Source of the DNA: the human T2T-CHM13v2.0 reference genome, Homo sapiens
Length of the DNA stretch: 64,000 nt
Reading direction: 5' to 3' (one strand)
Assembly: GCF_009914755.1 (NCBI RefSeq)
Contig: NC_060929.1
The notes under the pieces were generated by a model that saw only the letters and a list, made by a program, of their open reading frames with translations, had not been told where the DNA came from and ran no database searches. The stretch's first letter is position 1; every line of letters begins with the position of its first letter. Below are positions 1 through 12,540 of this stretch, in pieces. The position numbers and the translations under genes are program-made.

Positions 1-99
1 ACGTCGCACGTCCAGTCTGACAGCAGCCTGCGGGGCCTGTCCAAGGACTGCTCCAGAGCGGGACGCATCCTCTCCCGGCTCTCAGCAGTTCATGCCCGG

Positions 100-750
100 C
101 CGTCCCTCACCTGAAGTGCTGCAAGGGGTCAGCTGGCTCCCACCTCAGTCCGTTCCTGACCCAGCAGCCAGGGTGGTCCTCTTGCGAGGGAAGTCAGATC
201 CACTCTTCCCGCTCGGGACCCCGGAGTGGCCCCACGGCCCTGAGAGTCAGCCAGTGCCTTGAACGGCCCTCATGACACTGCAGGCCGCAGCCCCCGCCTC
301 TGAGCCTTGGCTGTGCTCACCATTCCCAGCCACCTGGCTTCTTGTGTTGTGCACTGAGCTGGGCACGCTCCCGCAGAGGCCCTCTCCACCCCTGGCAAAG
401 GAAGGGCTGTGAGTTCCTCTTCTCCCAGCAGAAGGCTCTTCTCGCAACCTCCCTGGTCTGGCTCTGTCATCTCCCGGAGTCTTTGCGCAAATGCCACCTT
501 CTGAGGGATTCAAAATGCCCCCACCTTCCAGTGTCTGCTTCCCTACTTGACTCTTCCTTGGCTCCAGTCCCCACAAGACATTTTATACCAATTCATTCCT
601 TTCAGGCTTCTTTCTCTCCTCATCTGGTTGTGTGAACCCAGGGATTTTGGCCTAAGCTTTTCTCTCTGGTGTCTCTATTGCCCCGGAACCCATGAACTGT
701 GCCCTGCAAACAGCAGCCGCTCTTGACAAATGCACGGCGTGAGTGAATGT
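100..750 (+). mobile_element. Degenerate L2 LINE 3' region
   Basis: Resembles L2 3' consensus (cagcagccagggtggtcctc...gtcagatc; terminal gcagccgctcttgacaaatgc...gagtgaatg); highly diverged, edges approximate. Confidence 0.55.
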
Positions 751-948
751 GAGTCGTCCTTGTCTACTTTCTCTTCTCTCCCTTCCAGGAGCAAAATTTC
801 AGAATAATCCATTGTTCAAATGTGCAGTTCCTTGGCTAAGCATTCAGCAGGGTTTGGGTTAATCTTTCTAATGATGTCTTGCAGTTTCACTTTCTAAACA
901 TAGGGGCTTAGCAGTGTGGTTCCCCCAGCCCCTAAAAAGTTTTTCTCT

Positions 949-1315
949 CGTATTAGTTTGCTTAGGCTGCCATAACAGACCACCACCCACTGGGAAGCTT
1001 AAACAACAGATGTTTATTTTCCCACAGCTCTGGAGGCTGGAAATCAGAGATTGAGGTGTGGCAGGGTGGGTTTCTCCGGAACCCTCTCTCCTTGGCTTGT
1101 AGACACCGACTTCTCCTGGTGTCCTCACAGGGTCGTCCCTCTTGGGTGTCTGTGTCCTCTTCTCCTCTTCTTATAAGGACACCAGTCCTAGTGGATTAGG
1201 GCCCCATATGACCTCACTTTACCTGAATTAACCCTGTAAAGACCCTGTCTCTCATCAGTCCCAGTGGGACCGGGGTCTCAGCATGTGGAGTCTGGGGTCA
1301 CCGCTCAGTCTAGTG
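949..1315 (-). mobile_element. MaLR solo LTR, MLT1B-like
   Basis: tattagtttgcttaggctgccataaca, cacagctctggaggctggaa and cttataaggacaccagtc...ggattagggccc match the reverse complement of MLT1A/B consensus. Confidence 0.85.
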
Positions 1316-2370
1316 CCCTGGAGAGCATTCTCTCTAGGCTGATAGGAGAGTGCATGTTCCCATCCAGAGGCACACGATTAGGTGCACTGTCTCAGGAGAT
1401 GCCATTGTCCCTAGGAAGGAAGCCACCAAAGCGGTTTGTTGGTCTGCAGGATGAAGCTCTGCTGAAGGGAGCTGAGGCATGTGGACAGAGGAAGGTGCTT
1501 CATTTGGCCTTGTTTGGGGACCCAGCTGGCTGGGCAGCCAGGCTGTCACTCCATCTGAGTAGGTGTCTGGAGGCCTTGCTGGCCGCTGGGACTTTTGGCT
1601 GCTGGGTTCCATGAGTCCAGCCTGTTTTATTCTTTGAGTTAGGAGCAAGGAAGTACATAGAGAAAGTGCAGCCCACACACTGCCATGCGGTGACCCGGCA
1701 CATCCCAGGGACCCTGCAGGTGACCGTTTCCAGCTTCAAGGTCTCAACGCTGCAGTGTGGCTGGGAGAGATGTTCCCCTTCAGAAGCTTCAGAAACACAT
1801 GAGTACGGTCAACTCTCACACAAATGATGTCTCCGTCAGGTTCAGGGAGCTAAACTGGCCCTGCAGTTGGGGAGTGCCCTAAGACTATGAGACTGGGAGT
1901 AAAGTATTTCCCCAACCACACCCACAGCTTTGAAGGGAGCAGGGAAGCCCCAGCCTCCATCTGCTGTAGGACATGGTTCCTTGGTGCTCACTGGGGTGAC
2001 CTCCCACATCCCCTGACCCCCACCAAGGCCAAGCCCCACCTGCAGCCATGGCCTCCAGTCCCAGGTCCAAGTCCCCTTCAGGCGTGGCCAGAGTGCAATC
2101 TGTACAAAAGCTGCATCTGCCCTCCAGGCTCCGAGCATCCAGGCACCTTGCTTCTCTCTCCACGAGCTCTGTTAAGACTTGGTCCTGGGGTATGGAAGCC
2201 TGACGGGAAGAGGGACCCCAGTACCAAAGACCGCACGCACTCCTCATTGCAGAGGCAGAGGGAGGGTCTAATTCACGCCTGCGGATGACCTGGCTCCTGC
2301 CTGGCTTCTTACAAAGGTGATGAAAGGTCCGATTCCAGAGTAAAGATGCTCAGACCGGGTGAAACTGAGC

Positions 2371-2551
2371 AGTCACTGTCAACATGTGATGGGGCTGCGA
2401 CTCATCTTTGCAAGTTATTTTCTTTTTCTAAGTACACATTTATTCCGGACTGTCTCAGGAAGTCACTGTCAACATGTGATGGGGCTGTGACTCATCTTTG
2501 CAAGTTATTTTCTTTTTCTAAGTACACATTTATTCCGGACTGTCTCAGGAA
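2371..2551. repeat. 90-bp tandem duplication, two copies
   Basis: agtcactgtcaacatgtgatgggg...tgtctcagga at 2371 and 2461; one difference seen (gcga vs gtga). Confidence 0.95.
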
Positions 2552-4107
2552 ATGGCTATTTTTCCTCAGAGATGTTCAAGGTCCTGTCCAAACACCGGGG
2601 TAAAGGCTAGACGGGGTTACAAACTCTCCGGTTTGTGCTTGTCGATCGCGTGGGTGGACGGTCCCTGCAGGGCTCAGGGACACATTGTCCCAGTTGACCT
2701 GGTGAACTGTTGGAGTCTGGAGGACAGATAGTTAAAGTGAAGAGCTCAGAAATGCGCCGAGAGCTGTTCTTCCCCAGGAGATAGTGCTGGAGGGAAGGGG
2801 GCCAGGCTGGACACACGCTTGGGCTTCGTTGCTTCCTGGAACCCGGGACTGTGGACTGTCCTTCTTTTGGCCATGCTGTGAAGAAGCTGATTTTGGAGCT
2901 GCTATTAGTATACTGGGAGCAGAACTAGCTTGCTTTGGCAGGGGCCAGGTGCACAGGAAGCAGGAGAGGAGGCAGGTCCATGCTGCTTCTGGGTGGGGGG
3001 CGCAGAATCAGCACCTGCACAGGGTGCTTCTAGGGGGCGCTGCAGGAAGACCCCCAGCCTGATTCCGAGAGCCTCCAGGCCCAGCACTGTGCTGAGGGGT
3101 CCTCATTGTCACCCCACAGCCTCCAGGAGCTCTCATTAGACAGACATCTCATCTCCCTGTCCTTGTGGGGAGTGTGGAGCCCAGCACAGCCACCAGTGGA
3201 GGGGGCCGGGGAGAGGTGGGTGGGGGCTGATCCCAGAGCTTCCCAGGCTTGTCCAGGGAGACAGAGCTGGCCATAGTCTAAGCTTCATTTTCCTGATTTC
3301 CTGGGAGCTTATGGCCATTGGTTATGGAGGCTAAATATGATTTTCTTGTGCTTTACTGGCCGGGCAGGCCACGTTCTGTCCTTTCCCTGGGAACATCCTT
3401 CCTGCCCTTCTTGACCTGTTGCCTTTCTGGTCTCCTGAGCCTGACAGCCGTTGGAGGGGCAGTCTGTGCCCATGCTGGAGATGACTCTCCTCTTCCCCTG
3501 CATCTCTGGCCTGTAGATGGCGGGATCACATCTGCCCTGTGTACCTGCCCCATGCAGGCTTGTTCTCTGGCCACACTTGGCATGTCTGTGTCCGTGGGAA
3601 TGTTCCAAATGCCTTGCACAAAATAAATGGTGACTATGGGCTCCTGAAGAGGGTGACATCCAGATACTGATTCCTCTGGTAATGTCACCAGAAGGGATGC
3701 TGGTCCTTCTACTCTCAGCTGTTTCTGGGAACAAAGTCTCGGATGTACTGATGTTTCCATCTTGTATTATATTTCCTTTTAGAAAATAAAATTGACACTT
3801 AGGAAACAAACGAAAGAAAACAGTTGGGAGTTACATTAATTTGTCCCAAGACTTCTCTGGGCTTGGGAATTGCAGGGAGGAAGAGCACCAAGGGAGCCAC
3901 TTCCTATGGTGATTGCAGCATGCTCTCGTGGATTTGCACAGAGAGCCCAGCTTTTCCTTTCAGAGCTGAGCATTTGTTGAATCCTAATCAGTTTGTGTCA
4001 CGAGCCCATGGATTTTGCAGTATTAGCTGTTGGTGACTGTGGTATTGATGACTTTAGTTTTCTGCTGCATATAATGAGTATCTGTCAATGTCCTGCTGCC
4101 AAACCTG

Positions 4108-4700
4108 CAGGCGTGAGTGTGTGGACAGAAGTGACCAGGTGCGCGCGGGTGGGTGGACAGGAGTGACCGGGCGCGCGTGCATGAGTGGACAGAGGTGACC
4201 GGGTCCACGTGCGTGCCTGGACAGAGGTGACCAGGCCCGCGTGTGTGCGTGGGTAGAGGTGACTGGGCCCGTGTGTGTGCGTGGGCAGAAGTGACTGGGC
4301 ATGCGTGTGTGGACAGAAGTGACCGGGCGCGCCTGTGTGGGCGGGCAGAGGTGACTGGGCCAGCATGCGTGGGTGGGCAGAGGTGACCAGGCATGCGTGC
4401 GTGGGCGGGCAGAGGTGACCGGGCGTGCGTGGGTGGACAGAGGTGACTAGGCATTGCTTGCGTGGGTGGGCAGAGGTGACCGGGCTTGCGTGCGTGGGTG
4501 GACAGAGGTGACCAGGCGTGCGTGCGTGGGCAGAGGTGACTGGGCATTGCGTGTGTGGGTGGACAGACGTGACTAGGCGCGAGTGCGTGGGTGGACAGAA
4601 GTGAGTAGGCGTGCATGCGTGGGTGGACAGAAGTGACTAGGCACGTGCGTGGGTGGACAGAACTGACTAGGTGTGCATGCGTGGGTGGACAGAAGTGACT
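4108..4700. repeat. GC-rich minisatellite, ~28-33-bp unit, ~19 copies
   Basis: Recurrent GGGTGGRCAGARGTGACYRGGC followed by variable (GCGT/GTGT)n tracts. Confidence 0.95.
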
Positions 4701-5682
4701 TCATGGCTCATTGCAGCGAGGGAGGAGGCATGCTGGAGAAACACGGGCATCACCGTGAGGGGTGAGAATGGCCTTCTCTCAGGATTCAGGCTGTATCAGG
4801 CAGCTTTGAGGGACATTTGGGGAAGCAGGACTCGGCTTTGGGTTGGCTGCTGTCAGGAAGCTGGGAAGATTCTGTGTCTTAGTAAATCCCATCCAGGAAT
4901 GGGGAGATGAGGCGAGGCCTGAGCCGTGACTGGTAAGGAGGCCACAGTCACTTGCCCAAGCTCGGATCCGGCCTGCTGGGTCATCCTGTGGTTGGACGAT
5001 GTTCATCGGAGGTGGCCGTGGGGTAGATGCTCTTTTTCTTGCTCTGTCACAGAGTGGCTTGGTCTGAGGCTGGTGCCGAGCAGAACACTGAGACCTGGTT
5101 TGAGGGCCAGGCCAGTCAGTGCTGGCTGTCGGTGGTGGCTTTCCCTTTCCTAAAGGAGAGGGCCTCCAGCTGTTGGGCTACAGGAAGGAAGACACAGTCC
5201 TGGCTCTGGGGTGTCCCCAGGTGGGGCCACTGCTCTTCCTGGAGACACACAGGAAAGCAGAGCCTCCCTTTGCGCTCCTCAGGGCAGGCGGGGCCTGGGA
5301 AGGAGCTCATCCCGATGCCGCTTCACTCACTGCGATGCTGACAACCAGCCGCGTTACTACGCCATTCCCGGGGAACGGGGAAGATGCCCGTCTTTTCCTG
5401 CGCATCATCAAGCATTCCTTGGAGTTGTATTTCTTGGAAGACCATTCATTTCAGGTCATGCTCAGAAAAGACATAAGGACCTGGTGTCAGTGAGAGTGGT
5501 GATTATGAATTACAGACCATGAATTGCATCCTGTCACCCTGCTGGCAGGGTGGGGGCAGCCCCATGGGCTCCTCACCCATTTCAGAATCTCCAAGTCAGA
5601 GTCGCAAGGCGGTGCCACCATCATTCAAACAAGATCACTTCTCAATTAATATGTCTCAGCAGGTATTTTACTGTGCTTGGAT

Positions 5683-5928
5683 TTCCTTCCTTCCTTCCTT
5701 CCTTCCCTCCTTCTCTCTCTCCCTCTTTCTTTCTTTCGTCTTTCTTTCCCCTCCCTCCCTCCCTTCCTTCCTTCCTTCCTTCCTTCCTTCCTTCCTTCCT
5801 TCCTTCCTTCCTTCCTTCCTTCCTTCCTTCCTCTCTCTCTCCCTTTCCTTTCCTTTCCTTTCCTTTCCTTTCCTTTCCTTTCTTTTCTTTTCCTTTCCTC
5901 TCAAGTTTCTGAGTTTCCTTTCCTTTCC
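5683..5928. repeat. (CTTC)n/(CTTTC)n polypyrimidine simple repeat at the tail of the adjacent Alu
   Basis: Direct reading; abuts the 3' end of the minus-strand Alu. Confidence 0.9.
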
Positions 5929-6206
<278 letters not shown>

Positions 6207-6289
6207 AGGTTATTTTCTTTAAGAGATTTTAACCTCTTCTTCAAAATGGTAAATTACTTTTATCCATGAATTGCTCTCATTCTTAATGT

Positions 6290-7150
6290 CATTTCAGTAA
6301 ATGCTGATTGGACACTCTCTGTCAGGTGCTCCTAGAGGTGCTAGCAAGAAGGGAATGAATGAAACAAACCTGCCTCTTCTTGGCCTCAGACCCACGTTTC
6401 AACCCATACATCATTTCCAAAGTGCTTATGTATTCACACATTAATCAATTAATTAGTTATTGCTGTGACGCTCTACCAGCACCCACAGCAGTCTGCTCCT
6501 TCGTGCAAGCCTGCTGAGCCCACCGCCAGAGCCTGCCGAGGGTCTGCTCCTACCCAGGGGCCACGTGGGCAGAGCCTCCTCTCATGCCTCTGTCAAACGG
6601 GCCTGAGTCAGCACGCCTCGCATGTGTGTTGGCAGCAGTTTGGAGTTGGAGAAGAAACTCCTCATTGCTTTGATCAAACCCCCCTTGCAGGGCCTTTGCT
6701 CATTGCCTTTTCCTTATAGGCGGCCAGCCCCATCCAAAGCAATGTCCCGAATCCTAGGTGTTTTTACGTCCAGTGAGTCTGTGTCTTCTGATTGTTTCAC
6801 TGGAGAGCACTGTGGCCCACACTGCCTGTGTGGCATCTGCTGTTAGGTGTGGCCATGTGTCCAATGAGCCTCATGCGGACTCCATTTCTAAGGAGTTTTC
6901 CTTTAATAAAAAAGACAGAAATATAAACAAATGATCACAATACCATGAGATTACCTCTGCACTGGAAATATGTACTCGGTGTGTACAAATCACAGAGAAG
7001 TCCACTGATGCTCCTGGAGACGTGACGCATGTGGACACTGCCCAGACAGAAGTGGCTGCATCTCCAAGGATGAACTGAGCTCACAGCAGGTCATGTGGGG
7101 CAGGGCATTCAGGCTAGGGCATGACACACACCAAGGACCAGGCACTAGTC
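6290..7150 (-). mobile_element. Fragmented L2 remnants (about 6290-6390 and 6900-7150)
   Basis: tcagtaaatgctgattggacac...gtgctagcaag and gggcagggcattcaggctagggcatgac resemble antisense L2 3' sequence. Confidence 0.45.
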
Positions 7151-7692
7151 AGTGTCGCCCTTCCAGGCTCATGACTGGGGCACAGGGTGGGACAGAAGAG
7201 AACTGGGCCCTCCCATGGGGGCCGGACCTTCCCTAGGTTCCCACCCACTGAGGACTCCTCGGGGGCTCCTAGCCCTGCATCTGCAGCTTACTCAGTGTCA
7301 GCAATTCATCTGATTCCCACTCGAAATGTTTCTGAGGCAGAAAATCATCATTGGGTGCTTTTCCAAGACTTTACAAAATCAAATGCAGGAGGAAAAATAA
7401 TCAAACCTATTGTTTGTAGTTACGATACTTGAACAAATAATTTGCTCTACCCAGTCTTCAATTTCATTGAAGTCTTCAACCCAAGTACTCACTGGATGCT
7501 GTCAATGGACGTGTCTGGATCATAGGGACAGAGCCGTGGAAAATGAAACACACACATACAACACACACACACTCTCTCTCTCTCTCTCTCCCCAAAGCAC
7601 TCCCCTTGCCCCAAGTTTACATTCTAATTCCCAGGAGGGACAATATTGCATCTTATTGGATCCAGTATTTAAACCTTGAATTCACGTTTTCA

Positions 7693-8333
<641 letters not shown>

Positions 8334-8379
8334 CTAAGAGTTTTTATAATCCATCACCTGTCTGACAGATGAGTCCTGC

Positions 8380-8870
8380 TGGAGAATATTAGAAAATGTC
8401 TCAAATCTCATATATATGCTAATGGTATGCCGAGGCTGGTCTGTGTGCGGAGTTTTTAATCTGTCTCGGCCAGTGTGGGAAGTGGCAGAGACAAGTCGCA
8501 GCACTCGACAATTTATGATCAAACAACGAAATTGTAAAGGAAGAAGGACGTGCAGAAAGGGGGAGTAATTTTCTGATTTAACAGCGTTGTTACTACAAAT
8601 AAAGAAATCTTGATTTTGACTGCTCTCGACATTAAATGAGTTTCCTGTGCCCGGTGCTGAATTTTTCATTTTCAGGTTTGTATAAAGCACCCTGCTTAGA
8701 TACAAGTGACAGATAAGGAAACGATTGCATATGGAAATCAAATGTGTATAATAAAGCCATCTTCTGTTTATTAAATAAACACATGTAGATTACTTCTGCG
8801 GAGGAGGCCCTGATAATTCTTCACTGTGTTTTCCTTTTTTTGCAAGTCACAAAGAATCTTATTTAACAAC
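8380..8870. promoter_or_regulatory. Candidate conserved non-coding enhancer block
   Basis: Unique AT-rich DNA with retained CpGs; TGACAG/AGATAA overlap (8707-8716), ATTGCATAT (8724), palindromic FOX-like TGTTTATTAAATAAACA (8765-8781). Motif-based inference only. Confidence 0.4.
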
Positions 8871-11800
8871 CGGGAATGCTAGACGTGAGCTCTTCTGTGT
8901 ATTAAGGTCCCGCAGTCCAGGGCGCCCGTATCTGAATTTGGGGCTGACGCTTTTCTCTCGCTCCGCAGCCCCTTCGTCCACTGTGTTATTCGGTACATCC
9001 TCGTGGGCACTGTAGTAATTTGGAAGTGCACCACTAAGTCACAGTTGGCTAAAATTTACATTAGGGAAATGGCAGGAGCGGGCCAGTAGGAATAGGGGCA
9101 GGGCCGTTTTCTGAAGCATGCAGGGTGCTGAGCCCGGCTGTGGCGTGGGATCTCCACCTTTTGGGAAGGCAATACACAGAAAAGCATTTGTGTGGTCATG
9201 TATGGAACCACCCCAGGCTGGACGGCCCCAGCTCCCATCTGCCTCAGAGGCGGAGGCCTTGTTGTCCCCATAACCCCAGGAGGGGGCACCTGGGTGGTGG
9301 GCACATCCAGTCGGAGGCACAGGGTCACACGCTATGGCCTGGGAGCTGGCATTCTGGGCGTTAGGTCCCACAGCGTGGGCGTGGGCCGTTTGCACATCCT
9401 CTTCATGTCCGGGCTCCTTGTGCGGATGAGCAGATGGAGGCAGGATGCTCAGTGTTCTGTTCCCACTTTAATGAGTTAGCATCTGAAACCGGGGCTGGGA
9501 ATGAGGCACGGGTGGCTGTAGGGGTAGGATGCTTACAGGGGATGAAATCAGTGGATGAAGCACAGGTTGGGCAGGAGCACCCAGGCCTGTGGAGTGTGGA
9601 GTCCCCCTCATCCAGGTCGGTTTGGAACACTGATCTGGAAGGCTCAGGACCTCAAATCAGCCGTGCAATGGAGAACATTTTACGCCGATGTTGTAATTTT
9701 TATTTACATTACATTACTGCTGTGTTTGGATCTTAATTTTACATTTCTTTTGTAAGCTATTATTCTAGGCAAAACCATTCTTATTGTATAGCTCTAATGT
9801 GGTGCTAGAGGCGTTTAACAGTGTTAGCTTTTATTTTTGAAGAAAGAAGAAATTGCCACTTTAATCTACTACAAAGTGAAAGCACATGCACGTGTTAAAA
9901 CAGACACCTAGCGAAAGCGGGTGTGTGAGGGTGTGTGTGGGTGTGCATGCTTATTTAAAAAGTCCTTCTTTGTTTCTGAGCTGAGGAAGCACAACTAAGA
10001 GTGTTGAGCAGCTTTTTTTGTTTGTTTGCTATTTGAGGACGGAAGGTGACATTTCCTCTGGACATTCCCATCTTGCCGATGTCGCTGGCATGGGGACACC
10101 AGGCTGCCTAACAGAGAGGCCGTGGTGAGAGCTGCATGGCAGGGGAGGACCACCACATCAGTGCTTTCCCACGCCTTTCCCGCCTCAGGTTTTGAAGCCA
10201 CTCTGGAATCTGCGAGGCTCCGAGTGTGGCTGGGTTCTGATGTCCCGGCACCCCCGGCAATCACCTTCTTCCCTGTGTGTTTTCTGCAATTCCGTCAGCT
10301 GCAGCCTGGATGCAGACAGGAGTGGGCTTGGGGAGCTCCAGCTTCCGGGGATGGAGCTCCATGCTAAAATCACAGCTTTCAGAAAGGGGTGCTAACGATT
10401 TTTCTCCTGACAAAATGTTCAGACAATAATGCAGCAAACATGGGATTCAGCTCTTTCCTGCCCCAGCTCGGTGCACCTACCTTGTGGGCGTCACTCAAAA
10501 CAAGGGTGAGCTACAGAGGGAGCCTCAGCTCTGGACTGGAGCCCCTGGGGACCTACAGGCAGCCCCAGACCCTCATTCCTCCACATCTGAGTCTCCTCCC
10601 TAAGTGGAGAATCCACAAACCATCCTCATAGAATGTTCTGGTGTCCACGTGCGGAGCGTTTCCCCCATGCCAGGCCCCTACATGCACTGAGGTTTGCTCT
10701 GTCGCCATGCACTGAGGTTCCTGGGAGTGTTGTGAGGCTGAGCTGAACCAGGGCAGAATCATACTTCAACGACCGGCCGGGCACCGTGCAGTGGCCGATG
10801 GGAACCACAGCCTCACACCCACGCCCGCTCCTCCCCTTTCTTTTTTCTAAGTTATTTTTTGTTTTAAAAATAACATTTGTTGAATATTTAAATATTAGGG
10901 AAAAGCATAATGATAAAAATAAGAGCACACTAATATCTGCAGGTGTAAATACAAATATTTCTTCTATTTTTCCATGTAAAAAATGTAAACATATAAGCAT
11001 TATAGAAGTTAGAACATGCCCAATTTAAACATTTCTGTCATTTATTTCATTGAACTTTATGAGTGCCATTTTATTGTTTTATAATTATAAATTATACATT
11101 TATAATTTAAAATACTGTTTTAAAGTAATTATATAACACCTAAGTGCCTGAATATTCCATAATTTTTTTAGCCACCTCTACATTTTTAGATTCAATTCTT
11201 TATCTTTTTTTTTTTTTTCTGTCAGTGATGAACACTCTTGTGTCTCCTCAGCCCTGCACCTTGCCCGGCCCCTCAGATCTGAGTGCTTGACCCCCACAGA
11301 CCCGTGTTCAGAGCTGGCGAGCTCCACCCAGAGCACGGAAGCCTTGCTCCGAGACCTCGGCACCCGCCCATGCATCACTCAATCTGCTTAAACCACCTGC
11401 TCTTCGTTTGTAGCAAAGTGACTTCTTTGAAGGGTCAGAATGGGTGGCATTTCACAATGTGGAAGCCATGAAGCACTGCCACAACAGATATTCTGGTGGA
11501 AAGGCCTCTCCCCACCACTCTGACCCTGGAAGGAGATGGAGTAATCGACCTGGGAAGATCCTTGAGTGGCACCTGTGATCTCACACTGACGGCTACTGAA
11601 TCCGGGGCTCACCCCTCCTTCCGACCATCAGGTGACCCACAGGAGGGCTGCCTGAGAGACAATGGCTGTCCTTGAAGCCTGCAGGCCATAGATGGTGCTA
11701 TAAGAAAAGCAGCCAGCAGAGCCCTGTTTGCTGTTTGTTTATAGAGATATAACCTACGTGCAAGTGGCTATTCTAGGATTCAACATGAGCAGCTCATTTC

Positions 11801-12264
11801 CTTGGGAAGCCACTGGGTGACAGAGAACCAGGTGACAGTCTTCTGAGGCCACAGGTGCTGATCCCACCAATGCACCCCACCTCCCTCTCCCTCAACAGAC
11901 ACATTCCAGCGAGAGTGCACCTGCCCAGGATCATGTATGAGCAATCATGACTCGGCTGTTGTGTGGCACAGAGGAGGGTTTTAACCTCACGCCCACACGT
12001 GTTGGATTTCTCCAAATCTCTCCATGCTGCCCGGCTGGGGTTCTCCTCCATCCCACGCCAGGACACCTCACCTGGTCAGCAGCCCTGTTCCACCCACAGG
12101 CTCTGAATCTCTTCTCCTTTTTGAGTGGAGCAGGTTATGGAGTCCTAGCATGCATGTGCACAGCCAGGTGTTCAGAAAAAGCCCAACCCTGGAAGGAGAT
12201 GGAGTAACAGACCTGGGAGGACAAAGAGAAGTGCAAGCCCAGCAAAAGGAGGCAAACCCAGAGT

Positions 12265-12368
12265 CCCTCCGCAAAACCACCTCTCGAAGAAGGCTCCCTC
12301 TGTGAGGCTGGAGAAAATCCCTTTGCAAAACCACCTATGGTAGGAGGCTCCCTACATGAGGCTGGAGT
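12265..12368. repeat. Diverged 54-bp tandem duplication
   Basis: gcaaaaccacct...aggctccct...tgaggctggag at 12271 and 12325. Confidence 0.8.
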
Positions 12369-12540
12369 ATGCCCGTGGCTTCCTCAGCCCTGCACCACCA
12401 CGTGGTTTGAGAATGCCGGGCTGAGAAGCTCTGGCACCACAGGTTGTCCAGCCACAGCAGTTGCAAGCTGTCTCATAGGTTGATGCCCCAACCTGGACTT
12501 CAGCCTCTAGAAGAAGATGTTTATAGATTTATAAACTCAA

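Noticed and set aside
4023-4700. Constant core with variable spacers that superficially resembles a CRISPR array, plus a 197-aa ORF
   Set aside because: Spacers are low-complexity variants of each other, there are no cas genes, and the context is primate DNA; it is a minisatellite
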